Part shown: in pieces, positions 1-10,424 of the stretch
Layout: each line of letters opens with the position of its first letter
Numbering within the stretch: position 1 is the first letter of the stretch
Assembly (NCBI GenBank): GCA_965224245.1
Contig: OZ245046.1
Span: forward strand, 1,632,001 to 1,696,000
Origin: Candidatus Eiseniibacteriota bacterium
GTDB lineage: Bacteria; Eisenbacteria; RBG-16-71-46; CAZAMP01
DNA length: 64,000 nucleotides
Reading direction: 5' to 3'
The notes under the pieces: model-generated
Databases searched by the model: none
What the model was told of the DNA's origin: nothing
What the model saw: the letters and a program-made list of their open reading frames with translations, nothing else
Made by a program: the position numbers and the translations under genes

Positions 1-1
1 G

Positions 2-91
2 GCGTGGCCGCTTCTCTCGGAGGACCTCGCCGAGCACTTTCCCCCCGAGCCCGTGGCCGACTACCCCCCGGCGCCGCGGGTGCGTCACTGA
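2..91 (+). CDS. Possible 3' end of a CDS entering from the left edge (…AWPLLSEDLAEHFPPEPVADYPPAPRVRH*)
   Basis: Open frame 2 with GC3-rich codons ending at TGA 89-91; too short to identify. Confidence 0.35.
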   Translation, partial: AWPLLSEDLAEHFPPEPVADYPPAPRVRH

Positions 92-150
92 CGACCCTGT
101 AACCCATTTGTTTGAATGTCGTTAGCAGCCCGCCCGGACCGCCGCGCGCA

Positions 151-179
151 TTGACTTCGCGTCGGCGCTGCTCTAGCAT
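151..179 (+). promoter_or_regulatory. Sigma70-type promoter upstream of the sugar cluster
   Basis: TTGACT (151-156), 17 bp spacer, TAGCAT (174-179). Confidence 0.55.
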
Positions 180-296
180 CTTCCATTCTCTTTTCAACAT
201 CGGGATCGCCCGTCCGATGCATCCATTCGAGAGTCTGTCGCAACGACTTCGAGCCCACGGGCCGCCCGTTCGGGAGCTGTGAAAGGGAGTCCAACG

Positions 297-1598
297 TTGG
301 AACTCAAGGACAAGATCCTCAGCAAAGAGGCTCATCTCGGCGTCATCGGCATGGGATATGTCGGCCTGCCGCTGATGGTCGAGTACGCGAAGGCGGGGTT
401 TCGCGTATCGGGGCTCGACAAGTCGCAGTCACGCGTGGATCAGATGATGGCCGGCGAGAGCTATATCGGGGACGTGCCGTCGTGGGAGCTCAAGGAGCAC
501 GTCGATGCCGGGCGCTTGATGGGCACGACGGATTCCGCGATGCTGGCCGAGGTCGACACGGTCAACATCTGCGTGCCGACGCCCCTTCGCAAGACCAAGG
601 ACCCCGACGTCTCGTACATCGTGGACGCGGTGGAGAAGATCGCCGAGCATCTGCATCCGGGACAGCTCATCATCCTCGAGTCGACCACCTACCCCGGGAC
701 GACGGTGGAGCTGATGCTCCCGCGGCTCGAGTCCACCGGGCTGAAGGTGGGTAAGGACTTCTTCCTGGCGTTCTCTCCCGAGCGCGTGGACCCCGGCAAC
801 CCGAAGTTCACGACCAAGAACATCCCGAAGGTCGTGGGGGGCGTGACCCCGGCGTGCACCGAGGTGGCCGTCATCCTGTATCAACGCTCACTCGAGACGG
901 TCGTGCCGGTTTCGTCGCCGGTCGTGGCCGAGATGGTCAAGCTGCTGGAGAACACCTTCCGGAGCGTCAACATCGGTCTGGTGAACGAGCTGGCCCTGAT
1001 GTGCGACAAGATGCACATCGACGTCTGGGAGGTCATCGACGCCGCCGCGACCAAGCCGTTCGGCTTCATGCCGTTCTATCCCGGGCCGGGCCTGGGCGGA
1101 CACTGCATTCCCATCGATCCGTTCTATCTGTCGTGGAAGGCGAAGCAGGCTGGATTCGAGCCCCGTTTCATCGAGCTGGCCGGCGTGATCAACGCCCAGA
1201 TGCCCGAGCACGTGGTGAACCTGGTGGGTCGCGCGCTGAACGACGACTCGAAATCACTGAAGGGCTCGAAGGTGCTCGCGCTGGGCGTCGCCTACAAGCG
1301 CAACATCGACGACTGCCGCGAGTCCCCGTCGCTGGACGTCATGCAGGAGATGATGATGCGCGGCGCGGACGTGGCATACTCGGACTCGTACGTTCCGTCG
1401 GTTCAGATCGCCGAGCACACGCTCACGCATCAGCCTCTGTCGCCCGAGATGATCGCCGGCTATGATTGCGTGGTGATCCTGACCGATCACACGGATGTGA
1501 ACTACGACCACGTGGTGTCCGCGGCGAGGTGCATCGTCGACACGCGCAACGTGCTGAAGGCACGCGGCCACCGCCACGACAAGATCTACAAGCTGTAA
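297..1598 (+). CDS. wbpA: UDP-N-acetyl-D-glucosamine 6-dehydrogenase (WbpA/WecC-like nucleotide sugar dehydrogenase)
   Basis: GMGYVG Rossmann motif, ICVPTP, LESTTYPGTT, FSPERVDPGN, GGHCIPIDP catalytic Cys. Likely TTG start at 297 after AAGGGAG (GTG 279 is the alternative). Confidence 0.9.
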   Translation: MELKDKILSKEAHLGVIGMGYVGLPLMVEYAKAGFRVSGLDKSQSRVDQMMAGESYIGDVPSWELKEHVDAGRLMGTTDSAMLAEVDTVNICVPTPLRKTKDPDVSYIVDAVEKIAEHLHPGQLIILESTTYPGTTVELMLPRLESTGLKVGKDFFLAFSPERVDPGNPKFTTKNIPKVVGGVTPACTEVAVILYQRSLETVVPVSSPVVAEMVKLLENTFRSVNIGLVNELALMCDKMHIDVWEVIDAAATKPFGFMPFYPGPGLGGHCIPIDPFYLSWKAKQAGFEPRFIELAGVINAQMPEHVVNLVGRALNDDSKSLKGSKVLALGVAYKRNIDDCRESPSLDVMQEMMMRGADVAYSDSYVPSVQIAEHTLTHQPLSPEMIAGYDCVVILTDHTDVNYDHVVSAARCIVDTRNVLKARGHRHDKIYKL

Positions 1599-1646
1599 CC
1601 GGGCCGGGCAGGGGCGGTCGCTCGAGCGCCCGGCCGGCCGAAGGAG

Positions 1647-2618
1647 ATGTCCGTGCCGACCTACCTCGTGACCGGCGCGGCGGGATTCATCGGATCCAAT
1701 CTCGTCGAGCAGCTCCTGGCCGCCGGCCATACGGTGCGCGGGTTGGACAGCTTCCTGACCGGGAAGTCCGAGAATCTCGACGCGGCGGTGTCCGACCCCA
1801 CGCGCGAGCGCTTCACGTTCCTCGAGGGCGACATCCGGAGTGCCGAGGACGCGACGGCCGCGATGGCCGGCGTGGACTACGTGCTCCACCAGGCCGCGCT
1901 GCCGTCGGTGCCGCGCTCGGTCGACGATCCGATGCAGTCCCACGACGTGAACGTCAACGGCACGTTGAACCTCTTGAACGTGGCACGGGCCACCGGCGTC
2001 AAGCGCTTCGTGTACGCGGCGTCGTCCTCGGCCTACGGCGACAGCGAGACCCTGCCGAAGGTCGAGGACATGGTGCCCAATCCGCTGTCTCCTTACGCGG
2101 TCAACAAGCTCGCGGGAGAGTATTACTGCCGCGTGTACACGACGATCTTCGGCGTGCCGTCGGTGGGGCTCCGATACTTCAACGTGTTCGGACCGCGCCA
2201 GGACCCGACGTCGCAGTACGCGGCCGTGATCCCGAAGTTCATCACCGCGCTGTTGAGCGGTGAGAAGCCGACCGTCTACGGCGACGGCGAGCAGTCTCGC
2301 GACTTCACGTACATCGACAACGTCGTCCAGGCGAACGTACTGGCCTGCGAGTCCGAGCGCGCGCCCGGACACGTGGTCAACGTGGCGTGCGGCGATCGCT
2401 TCACGCTGAACCAGCTTCTCGGCGAGATCGCGGATCTCCTCGGTGTCCCGGCCGATGCGACCTACGTGGATAGCCGGGCCGGCGACGTCAAGCACTCGCT
2501 CGCCGACATCTCGGCCGCCCGCGACCTCCTCGGCTACGAGCCGGGGGTTTCGTTCCGCGACGGGCTCCGCCGGACGGTCGACTTCTTCAAGGATGCGGCA
2601 TGTCGCAGCAAGAGCTAG
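1647..2618 (+). CDS. Extended SDR NAD-dependent epimerase (WbpP-like UDP-GlcNAc(A) 4-epimerase family)
   Basis: TGAAGFIGSN, HQAALPSVPRS, ASSSSAYG, YAVNK (YxxxK), RYFNVFGPRQDP; GGAG RBS. Confidence 0.88.
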   Translation: MSVPTYLVTGAAGFIGSNLVEQLLAAGHTVRGLDSFLTGKSENLDAAVSDPTRERFTFLEGDIRSAEDATAAMAGVDYVLHQAALPSVPRSVDDPMQSHDVNVNGTLNLLNVARATGVKRFVYAASSSAYGDSETLPKVEDMVPNPLSPYAVNKLAGEYYCRVYTTIFGVPSVGLRYFNVFGPRQDPTSQYAAVIPKFITALLSGEKPTVYGDGEQSRDFTYIDNVVQANVLACESERAPGHVVNVACGDRFTLNQLLGEIADLLGVPADATYVDSRAGDVKHSLADISAARDLLGYEPGVSFRDGLRRTVDFFKDAACRSKS

Positions 2619-3643
2619 AGCCGACGCGTCCGGTCGGCGTCGCCGTGGTCGGGGCGGGCGCCTGGGGCGCCAATCACGTTCGCACGATCTCGCGCCTGCC
2701 GGACGCCCGCCTGGTCGCCGTGTGCGATCGCACGCCCGACGTGCTGGCCAAGGTGAACGCCACGTACCCGGGTGTGCGCTGTGTCGACGAGGTCGACGAC
2801 CTCCTGGCGATGGACGACGTGGAGGCGGTGGTCGTCGCGACGTCGGCGGCGGCGCATGCCCCGGTGGCCGGCGCGTGCCTGTCCGCGGGGCGGGACGTGC
2901 TCGTGGAGAAGCCGCTGACGCTGTCCACGCGCGAGTCCGAGGCGCTCGTGCGCCAGGCGAGCGACGGGCAACGGATCCTGATGGTCGGGCATCTCCTGTT
3001 GTTCCATCCGGCCGTGATCGCGCTCAAGGACATGATCGACCGGGGCGAGCTCGGTGAAGTGCGGTACGTCTACAGCCAGCGCCTGAACCTGGGCAAGGTC
3101 CGGCAGGACGAGAACGCCTGGTGGTCGCTGGCGCCGCACGACGTCTCGGTCGTGAACTACCTGCTCGACGCCGAGCCGGTGATGGTCTCGGCCACCGGGC
3201 ACGCGTACCTGCAGTCGGACATCGAGGACGTCGTGTTCGCGAACCTGACGTATCCCGGTGGATCGATGGCCAACGTGCACGTCTCGTGGCTCGATCCCCA
3301 CAAGGTCCGCCGCTTCACGATCGTGGGCAGCCAGAAGATGGCGGTGTTCGACGACATGGAGAGCGTCGAGAAGGTGCGGATCTACGACAAGGGGGTCGAG
3401 ACCGCCGACTTCGTGTCGTACGGCGAGTCTCTCACGCTTCGGTTCGGCGACATTCACATCCCCCGGATCGACATGACCGAGCCGCTTCGCGTGGAGTGTC
3501 AGCACTTCGTGGAGTGCGTGAGGACCCGACGGACACCCCGCACACCGGGCACGCAGGGGCTCGGCGTCGTGCGGACGCTCAACGGTGGGCAGGAGTCTCT
3601 GAAGCTCGAGGGCGAGCCCGTGTCGCTGGGAGGAGCCCCGTGA
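2600..3643 (+). CDS. wbpB: Gfo/Idh/MocA oxidoreductase (WbpB/WlbA-like sugar 3-dehydrogenase)
   Basis: VGAGAWG, VLVEKP, LAPHD; position in the wbp cluster. Confidence 0.8.
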   Translation: MSQQELEPTRPVGVAVVGAGAWGANHVRTISRLPDARLVAVCDRTPDVLAKVNATYPGVRCVDEVDDLLAMDDVEAVVVATSAAAHAPVAGACLSAGRDVLVEKPLTLSTRESEALVRQASDGQRILMVGHLLLFHPAVIALKDMIDRGELGEVRYVYSQRLNLGKVRQDENAWWSLAPHDVSVVNYLLDAEPVMVSATGHAYLQSDIEDVVFANLTYPGGSMANVHVSWLDPHKVRRFTIVGSQKMAVFDDMESVEKVRIYDKGVETADFVSYGESLTLRFGDIHIPRIDMTEPLRVECQHFVECVRTRRTPRTPGTQGLGVVRTLNGGQESLKLEGEPVSLGGAP

Positions 3644-4416
3644 TGGACGGCCACGTCCACCCCGAATCCCGCATCGGCGAGGGCTGTCACCTCGGCCACG
3701 GCGTCGTCGTCGAGGAGGGGTGCGTTCTGGGCGACGGGTGCCAGATCGGCCACCACGTGGTCATCCGGCGGGGATCGCGGCTGGGAGACGGCGTACGCGT
3801 CGACGATCACACGGTCATCGGCAAGCTCCCGATGCGTTCGTCGATCAGCATCTTCAGCGATGATGCGACCTACGACGGTTCCGAGATCGGCGACGGCTGC
3901 ATGATCGGGGCATCGGTCGTGATCTACGTGGGAGCACGGCTGGGGGAGAAGGTCCTGGTGGCCGACCAGGCCGCCGTCCGCGAGGAGGTCACGATCGGAC
4001 GCAACACGATCGTCGGTCGCGGAGCGCTCGTGGAGAACAAGTGCACGGTGGGGCAGTTCGTGAAGATCGAGAGCGAGGCGTACATCACCGCGTACTCGAT
4101 CATCGAGGATCGCGTCTTCATCGCGCCGGGCGTGGTGACGACGAACGACAACTACGCGGGACGCTCCGAGGAGCGGTTCAAGCACTTCAAGGGCGTCACC
4201 GTGCGCCGGGGCGGTCGCCTCGGCGGGGGATGCGTGATTCTGCCCGGCATCGAGATCGGACCCGACGCGCTGGTGGCCGCCGGTAGCGTGGTGACCCGGG
4301 ACGTGCCGGCACGCAAGATCGTCGCGGGGACGCCGGCCCGCGTCATGCGCGACGTGCCCGAGGATCAGCTGCTCGAGAATCAAGATTGGCCCGACGTGAA
4401 GGCGGCGGCGAGCTGA
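3643..4416 (+). CDS. wbpD: Hexapeptide-repeat N-acetyltransferase (WbpD/WlbB-like)
   Basis: Left-handed beta-helix hexapeptides, FIAPGVVTTND, VAAGSVVTRDVP…GTPAR. ATG 3643 overlaps the upstream TGA (TGATG). Confidence 0.82.
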   Translation: MDGHVHPESRIGEGCHLGHGVVVEEGCVLGDGCQIGHHVVIRRGSRLGDGVRVDDHTVIGKLPMRSSISIFSDDATYDGSEIGDGCMIGASVVIYVGARLGEKVLVADQAAVREEVTIGRNTIVGRGALVENKCTVGQFVKIESEAYITAYSIIEDRVFIAPGVVTTNDNYAGRSEERFKHFKGVTVRRGGRLGGGCVILPGIEIGPDALVAAGSVVTRDVPARKIVAGTPARVMRDVPEDQLLENQDWPDVKAAAS

Positions 4417-4456
4417 GGGGCGCACCACGCCCACGCACCTGGAAGAGAGCAAGACG

Positions 4457-5554
4457 ATGCCGATCCCACTTCTGGATCTGAAGACGCAGTTCGCGGGCCT
4501 CGAGTCCGAGATGATGTCCGCGATCTCCGACGTTCTGCGCAGCGGCGCGTACGTCCTCGGTCCGACCGTGAAGGGCTTCGAGGCCGAGATCGCGGCCTAC
4601 ACCGGTGCCGAGCACGCCGTGGCCTGTGCGTCGGGAACGGACGCGCTGCTCCTGTGCCTGATGGCCAGGGGTATCGGTCCGGGCGACGAGGTCATCGTGC
4701 CCACGTACACGTTCTTCGCCACCGCCGGCGTGGTGCATCGCCTCGGCGCGACGCCGGTGTTCGTGGACATCGACCCCGAGCACTACAACATGGACGTCCC
4801 CGGGCTGGAGGCCGCAATCACGCCCCGGACGAAGGCCGTGATCCCGGTGCACCTGTTCGGTCAGAGCGCTCCGATGGCGCCGATCATGGAGATCTGTCGC
4901 TCGCGCGGCATCCCGGTGATCGAGGACGCGGCCCAGGCGCTGGGCGCCACGTACCGGGGCCAGTCGGCCGGCACCATCGGTGACTTCGGCTGCTTCTCGT
5001 TCTATCCCACGAAGAACCTGGGCGGGTACGGCGACGGCGGCATCATCACGACGAGCTCCGATGCCGACGCCGAGAACCTCAGGCGGCTCCGCGTGCACGG
5101 GGCACGCCCGAAGTACCATCATCAGGTGGTGGGGGTGAACAGCCGCCTCGATGCGATCCAGGCCGCGATCCTCCAGGTGAAGCTGCCGCACCTGGCCGGC
5201 TGGGCGGAGGCCCGGCGCGAGCACGCCGACCACTACCGCGCGAAGTTCGCGGGTACGCCGGTGAAGACACCGTCCCAGGCCGAGGACTGCTACCACGTGT
5301 ACAACCAGTTCGTCATCCAGGTCGGCCGCCGGGACGCGGTGATGGCGGCGCTGAAGGAGAAGAGCATCGGGTGTGAGATCTACTACCCGGTCGCGATGCA
5401 CCAGCAGGAGTGCTTCGGGCACCTCGGCTATCGCGAGGGCCAGTTCCCGGTCTCCGAGCGGGCCGCGCGCGAAACGCTCTCGATCCCGGTCTACCCCGAG
5501 CTGACGACGGCGATGATGGACGAGGTCGTCGACACCGTGCTGGGCGCGCTCTAG
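4457..5554 (+). CDS. wbpE: DegT/DnrJ/EryC1/StrS aminotransferase (WbpE-like)
   Basis: SGTDAL, PVHLFGQ, IEDAAQALGA, SFYPTKNLGGYGDGG (PLP Lys), NSRLDAIQAA. Confidence 0.9.
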   Translation: MPIPLLDLKTQFAGLESEMMSAISDVLRSGAYVLGPTVKGFEAEIAAYTGAEHAVACASGTDALLLCLMARGIGPGDEVIVPTYTFFATAGVVHRLGATPVFVDIDPEHYNMDVPGLEAAITPRTKAVIPVHLFGQSAPMAPIMEICRSRGIPVIEDAAQALGATYRGQSAGTIGDFGCFSFYPTKNLGGYGDGGIITTSSDADAENLRRLRVHGARPKYHHQVVGVNSRLDAIQAAILQVKLPHLAGWAEARREHADHYRAKFAGTPVKTPSQAEDCYHVYNQFVIQVGRRDAVMAALKEKSIGCEIYYPVAMHQQECFGHLGYREGQFPVSERAARETLSIPVYPELTTAMMDEVVDTVLGAL

Positions 5555-5581
5555 CTCGCCCCGCTCGCTCGCTCCCCATCG

Positions 5582-5613
5582 GCGAGTCGGGAGACGGCAC
5601 GCTCCCGACTCGC
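5582..5613 (+). terminator. Perfect 12-bp hairpin after the wbp operon, no U-tract; possible terminator or stability element
   Basis: GCGAGTCGGGAG-N8-CTCCCGACTCGC. Confidence 0.45.
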
Positions 5614-5872
5614 GTCCCCTGCTCCCCGCGCCCGCCGCATGACGTTCTCGTGATGTCTCTCGGCTCCGACCGCGTCCGGCCCGGCGCTCGTGAGACAATG
5701 GTGGGCCATCACCAACCACCGAACCCCGGCCACGGCCGGCGACTCCGGACCCCGGGCGGGCACGCGCACCAGCGCGGCTGCCCCGGAGTCCCGGTGAGCT
5801 CGGCCGTCGGCCTCGGCCCCGCGAGAGCGACGCATTGGGTGTCGGCGCCACCCCACGGAATGCACTACCCTC

Positions 5873-8800
5873 GTGAGCATGTTCTCCGAGGCCACGCAAA
5901 CCTGGTTCGATGGCGCCTTCCCGTCTCCGACGCCCGTGCAGGAGCGCGGCTGGGCGGCGATCGCCACCGGCCGTCACGCGCTCCTGGTCGCTCCCACCGG
6001 CAGCGGCAAGACACTGGCCGCCTTCCTGTTCGGGATCGACGCGCTCGCGCGCCGCGAGCCGGCGCCCGACGACGCGGCGGGCACGCGCGTGCTCTACGTC
6101 TCGCCGTTGAAGGCGCTCGTGTACGACATCGAGCGGAACCTCCGGGTACCGCTGGCGGGCATCCGGCGCACCGCGGAGCGCCTCGGAACCACGATACCCA
6201 CCATCGAGGTGGCCGTCCGCACCGGGGACACGCCCCAGCGCGAGCGCCAGCGGCAGCTGCGGGCGCCCGGCGACATCCTCGTGACCACTCCGGAGTCCCT
6301 GTTCCTGATCCTCGGCTCACGTGCGCGAGAGACGCTCTCGCGCGTCGAGACGGTCATCGTGGACGAGGTCCACGCGCTCGCTCCCACCAAGCGGGGCGCG
6401 CACCTCGCGCTGTCGCTGGAGCGCCTGGCGGACGTGACCGAGCGCGAGCCGCAGCGGATCGGCCTCTCGGCGACCGTGCGACCGCTGGATGAGATGGCCG
6501 CGTTCGTGGCCGGCACGAGACCGATCGAGATCGTCGACGCGTCGATGGCGCCCAGGCTGGATCTGACGGTGACGGTTCCGGTGCCCGACATGACGAACGT
6601 GGCGCCGCCACCCCAGACTCGCTCCGATGGCGAGGCGCCCGCGAACGCGAGCTGGAACTCGATGATCGGCGGTTCCGCGCGACGCGGAGGCCCGATCCTG
6701 GCCGAGATCCGCGAACGCACGGCCCCGGTGCCGCCGCCCGAGCGCGGCATCTGGTCGGCGCTGTATCCGCAGATCCTGGAGGAGATCCGGGGCCATCGCT
6801 CCACGATCGTGTTCGTGAACAGCCGGGGCCTCTGCGAACGCCTGGCGCGCCGGCTGAACGAGCTGGCCGGCGAGGAGCTGGTCCGGGCGCACCACGGCAG
6901 CGTCTCGCACGAGAAACGAGCGGAGATCGAGGAGGGGCTGAAGGCGGGCCGCATTCGCGGCATCGTGGCCACGAGCTCGCTGGAGCTCGGCATCGACATG
7001 GGCGCGCTCGACCGCGTGATCCTGGTGGAGTCGCCGGGCTCGGTCGCCCGAGGGCTTCAGCGCGTGGGCCGGGCCGGCCACGACGTGGGGGCGACCAGCG
7101 TGGGTCGCATCTATCCGAAGTTCAAGGGTGATCTGCTCGAGTCGGCGGTGGTCGCCGAGCGCATGTTGCGAGGAGATCTGGAGCGCGTCCGCATGCCCGA
7201 GAACGCGCTGGACGTGCTGGCCCAGCAGATCGTCGCGATGTGCTGCGATCGCGAGCGCGCGGTGGACGAGATCGATGCGATCGTGCGGCGTGCGACGCCG
7301 TACCGGAATCTGACCCGGGCGGGGCTCGAGTCCGTACTCGACATGCTCTCGGGGCGCTACCCGAGCGCCGACTTCGCCGATCTGCGCCCCCTTCTCCGCT
7401 GGGACCGGGCCACCGACCGTCTCTCCGCGCGACGCGGCACGGTCATGGTATCGCGCATGAACCCCGGCACGATCCCCGATCGCGGCGCGTACCCCGTCAT
7501 GGCCGGACCCGACGGGCCGCGCGTGGGGGAGCTGGACGAGGAGATGGTGTTCGAGAGCCGGGTCGGTGACGTCTTCCTCCTCGGCGCGAGCGCGTGGCGG
7601 GTGGAGGAGATCACGCGCGATCGCGTCGTCGCGTCCCCGGCACCCGGTGAGCCCGGTCGACTGCCCTTCTGGCACGGGGACGGCGTGGGACGACCGATGG
7701 AGCTGGGGCGGGCCATCGGCGCGTTCACGCGCGAGCTTGCCGCCGTGCCCCGCGAGGAGGCCGAGGCATGGATCCGCGGGAGGAGCCCCCTCGATCGGTT
7801 CGCGGCCCGGAACCTGGCCGACTACGTGCACGACCAGCGCGCGCACGCGGGTGTCGTCCCGACCGACACGACGATCGTGGTCGAGCGATTCCGGGACGAG
7901 CTCGGGGACTGGCGCGTCTGCATCCTCACCCCGTTCGGGGCTCGCGTGCACGCGCCGTGGGCCACGGCGATCCAGCGCCTCGTGTCGGCCGAGAGCGGGA
8001 TGGACGTGCAGATCAGCTACGCGGACGACGGCATCACGCTCCGCGTGGCGGACGTCGAGGATCCGCTCCCCGTGGAGTCGCTCGTGCCCGATTCCGACGA
8101 TGTGGAGACGCTGGTCACCGAGCAGCTCGCGGACACCTCGCTGTTCGCCGGACTGTTCCGCGAGAACGCGGTGCGCTCGCTTCTCGTTCCGCGCCGGCGA
8201 CCGACGCAGCGCAATCCGCTCTGGGCGCAGCGGCTCAAGTCGCAGCAGCTCTTCGCCAGCGTGCGCCGCCACGCCTCGTTCCCGATCGTGCTGGAGACGT
8301 ACCGCCAGGCCCTGGCGGACGTGTTCGACATCCGCGGACTGCAGGAGGTTCTGAGCGGGATACGATCCCGCCAGATCCGGGTGGCCGAGGTCGAGACCCG
8401 CTCGGCGTCGCCGTTCGCGCGGTCGCTGGTCTTCGCGTTCGTGACGCAGTATCTCTACGAGCAGGACTCCCCGGTGGCCGAGCGCCGCGCACAGGCGCTG
8501 ACGCTCGACCGTGCGCTCCTGGCCGAGCTTCTCGGGCGCACGGAGCTGCGCGAGCTGATCGACCGCGACGTTCTGGCCGAGCTGGAGCGTGCGCTCCAGT
8601 GCGTGGCCCCCGACCGACGCGCGCGTGACGCGGACGAGCTACACGATCTTCTGCGACGCCTCGGAGACCTGACCGCAAACGAGCTGGAGGCGCGCGCGAC
8701 CGCCGATCCCGCGGACTGGCTGGAGGCGCTCGGGCATCAGCGGAGAGCCATCCCGGTGTCGATCGCGGGGGAGACGCGCTGGATCGTCGCCGAGGAGGCG

Positions 8801-10423
8801 GGGCTCTACCGCGATGCCCTCGGCGTGCAGCCGCCGGCCGGTGTGCCGGCGGCGTTTCTGGATCCGGTGGCGTCGCCGATCGAGGCGCTCGTTCGGCGCT
8901 ACGCCCGCACGCACGGTCCGTTCGCCCCGGGGGCGCCCGCCGCGCGCTTCGGGCTCACGATCGGTCAGCTGGCTCCGGTGCTCGCCGCGCTGGTGACCGA
9001 CGGGACGCTCGTGTTCGGCGAGATCCGGCCCGACGGCGTGGAAGGCGAGTACTGCGACGCCGACGTCCTCCGCCGCCTGAAGCGCCGCACGCTCGCCGTC
9101 CTTCGCAACGCGGTCACGCCGACCGACCTGACGACCTACGCGCGGTTTCTCGTCGAGTGGCACGGGATCGGAGGCGAATCCGCCGGACCCGATGCGCTCA
9201 TGGAGGTGCTCGTTCAGCTCGAGAGTCTCCCTTTGTGCTGGAGCGAGCTCTGCGAGGTGATCCTGCCCGCGCGCGTCCGGGACTTCGTGCCCTCGGACCT
9301 GGACGTGCTCACCGCGAGCGGCTCCCTGGTGTGGGTAGGACGCGGGGCGCTCGGTCCGCGCGACGGACGCATCTCGATCCATCGGCGCGATGCGGTGCCG
9401 GAGACCGGCGAGGCGTCCCATGACGCGAGCCCCGGCGCCGCCGCGCCATCGCCGCTGGATGCGCCGCTCCACCGCGCGATCCTGAGCGCGCTCGACACGC
9501 ACGGGGCGAGCTTCGCCGTCGAGCTCGAGCGAGCGGCTCGCGCGGAGGTGTCCGATGCGACCGCGGCCGAGATCGACGGTGCGCTCTGGGATCTCGTGTG
9601 GGCGGGGCTCGTCACCAACGACACGTTCGTTCCGCTGCGCGAGCTGCGGGGGACGTCGCGCGCCCGTGGATCCCGCCGCCCGCCTCGCCGCGCGCACACG
9701 TGGGCCTCGACGCGAGGGCGGCTCGAGGCGGGTGCGTTCGCCGGACGCTGGTCGCTCGTGTCGACCCTCGGAGCTCCGCGGGTCAGCGACACCGAGCGGG
9801 TGCTCGCCACGGCCCACGAGCTTCTCCAGCGCTACGGGATCGTCAGCCGGGAGGTGGCAGCGGTAGAGGCGCTCGAGGGCGGCTTCGGCACGACGTACCG
9901 CGTGCTGCGCGCGATGGAGGAGTCGGGGCGGGTCCAGCGCGGATACTTCGTGGAGGGCCTCTCCGGGGGACAGTTCGCGTTCGCCGGGGCGGTGGATCGT
10001 CTCCGCGCACTGGACGAAGCCCCGACCGTCGCATCGGATCGCGAGGCCGCGATTCTCGTCCTGGCCGCCACCGATCCCGCCAACGTGTACGGGGGGCTCG
10101 TTCCGTGGCCCGACGGCCCCGACGGCGCACCCCGTCCCCGGCGGGTGCCGGGCGCCTACGTCGCACTCCGGCACGGTCGGCTCGTCCTCTACGTGGGGCC
10201 GGGCGGTCGCCAGATGCTGACGTTCACGTCCACGGCGGAGGGCGGCGAGGTGATCCCGCGCGCGCTGGATGCCGTTCGGAAGACGCATCGCGCGGCCGGC
10301 CGGCGACGCCTGCGAGTCGAGACGATCGATGGCCTGGCCGTCCGCGACTCACCACGCCTGCCGTGGTTCGAGGCGGCCGGCTTCCAGGTGAGCTATCGAT
10401 CCCTCCTGGACGCGGCGCTCTGA
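5873..10423 (+). CDS. lhr: Long-form Lhr SF2 DEAD/H helicase (1516 aa)
   Basis: APTGSGKT, YVSPLKAL, TTPESL, DEVH, GLSATV, HHGS, ATSSLELGIDMG, QRVGRAGH, plus the extended C-terminal domain (GYFVEGLSGGQFA; ATDPANVYG). Confidence 0.95.
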   Translation: MSMFSEATQTWFDGAFPSPTPVQERGWAAIATGRHALLVAPTGSGKTLAAFLFGIDALARREPAPDDAAGTRVLYVSPLKALVYDIERNLRVPLAGIRRTAERLGTTIPTIEVAVRTGDTPQRERQRQLRAPGDILVTTPESLFLILGSRARETLSRVETVIVDEVHALAPTKRGAHLALSLERLADVTEREPQRIGLSATVRPLDEMAAFVAGTRPIEIVDASMAPRLDLTVTVPVPDMTNVAPPPQTRSDGEAPANASWNSMIGGSARRGGPILAEIRERTAPVPPPERGIWSALYPQILEEIRGHRSTIVFVNSRGLCERLARRLNELAGEELVRAHHGSVSHEKRAEIEEGLKAGRIRGIVATSSLELGIDMGALDRVILVESPGSVARGLQRVGRAGHDVGATSVGRIYPKFKGDLLESAVVAERMLRGDLERVRMPENALDVLAQQIVAMCCDRERAVDEIDAIVRRATPYRNLTRAGLESVLDMLSGRYPSADFADLRPLLRWDRATDRLSARRGTVMVSRMNPGTIPDRGAYPVMAGPDGPRVGELDEEMVFESRVGDVFLLGASAWRVEEITRDRVVASPAPGEPGRLPFWHGDGVGRPMELGRAIGAFTRELAAVPREEAEAWIRGRSPLDRFAARNLADYVHDQRAHAGVVPTDTTIVVERFRDELGDWRVCILTPFGARVHAPWATAIQRLVSAESGMDVQISYADDGITLRVADVEDPLPVESLVPDSDDVETLVTEQLADTSLFAGLFRENAVRSLLVPRRRPTQRNPLWAQRLKSQQLFASVRRHASFPIVLETYRQALADVFDIRGLQEVLSGIRSRQIRVAEVETRSASPFARSLVFAFVTQYLYEQDSPVAERRAQALTLDRALLAELLGRTELRELIDRDVLAELERALQCVAPDRRARDADELHDLLRRLGDLTANELEARATADPADWLEALGHQRRAIPVSIAGETRWIVAEEAGLYRDALGVQPPAGVPAAFLDPVASPIEALVRRYARTHGPFAPGAPAARFGLTIGQLAPVLAALVTDGTLVFGEIRPDGVEGEYCDADVLRRLKRRTLAVLRNAVTPTDLTTYARFLVEWHGIGGESAGPDALMEVLVQLESLPLCWSELCEVILPARVRDFVPSDLDVLTASGSLVWVGRGALGPRDGRISIHRRDAVPETGEASHDASPGAAAPSPLDAPLHRAILSALDTHGASFAVELERAARAEVSDATAAEIDGALWDLVWAGLVTNDTFVPLRELRGTSRARGSRRPPRRAHTWASTRGRLEAGAFAGRWSLVSTLGAPRVSDTERVLATAHELLQRYGIVSREVAAVEALEGGFGTTYRVLRAMEESGRVQRGYFVEGLSGGQFAFAGAVDRLRALDEAPTVASDREAAILVLAATDPANVYGGLVPWPDGPDGAPRPRRVPGAYVALRHGRLVLYVGPGGRQMLTFTSTAEGGEVIPRALDAVRKTHRAAGRRRLRVETIDGLAVRDSPRLPWFEAAGFQVSYRSLLDAAL

Positions 10424-10424
10424 G

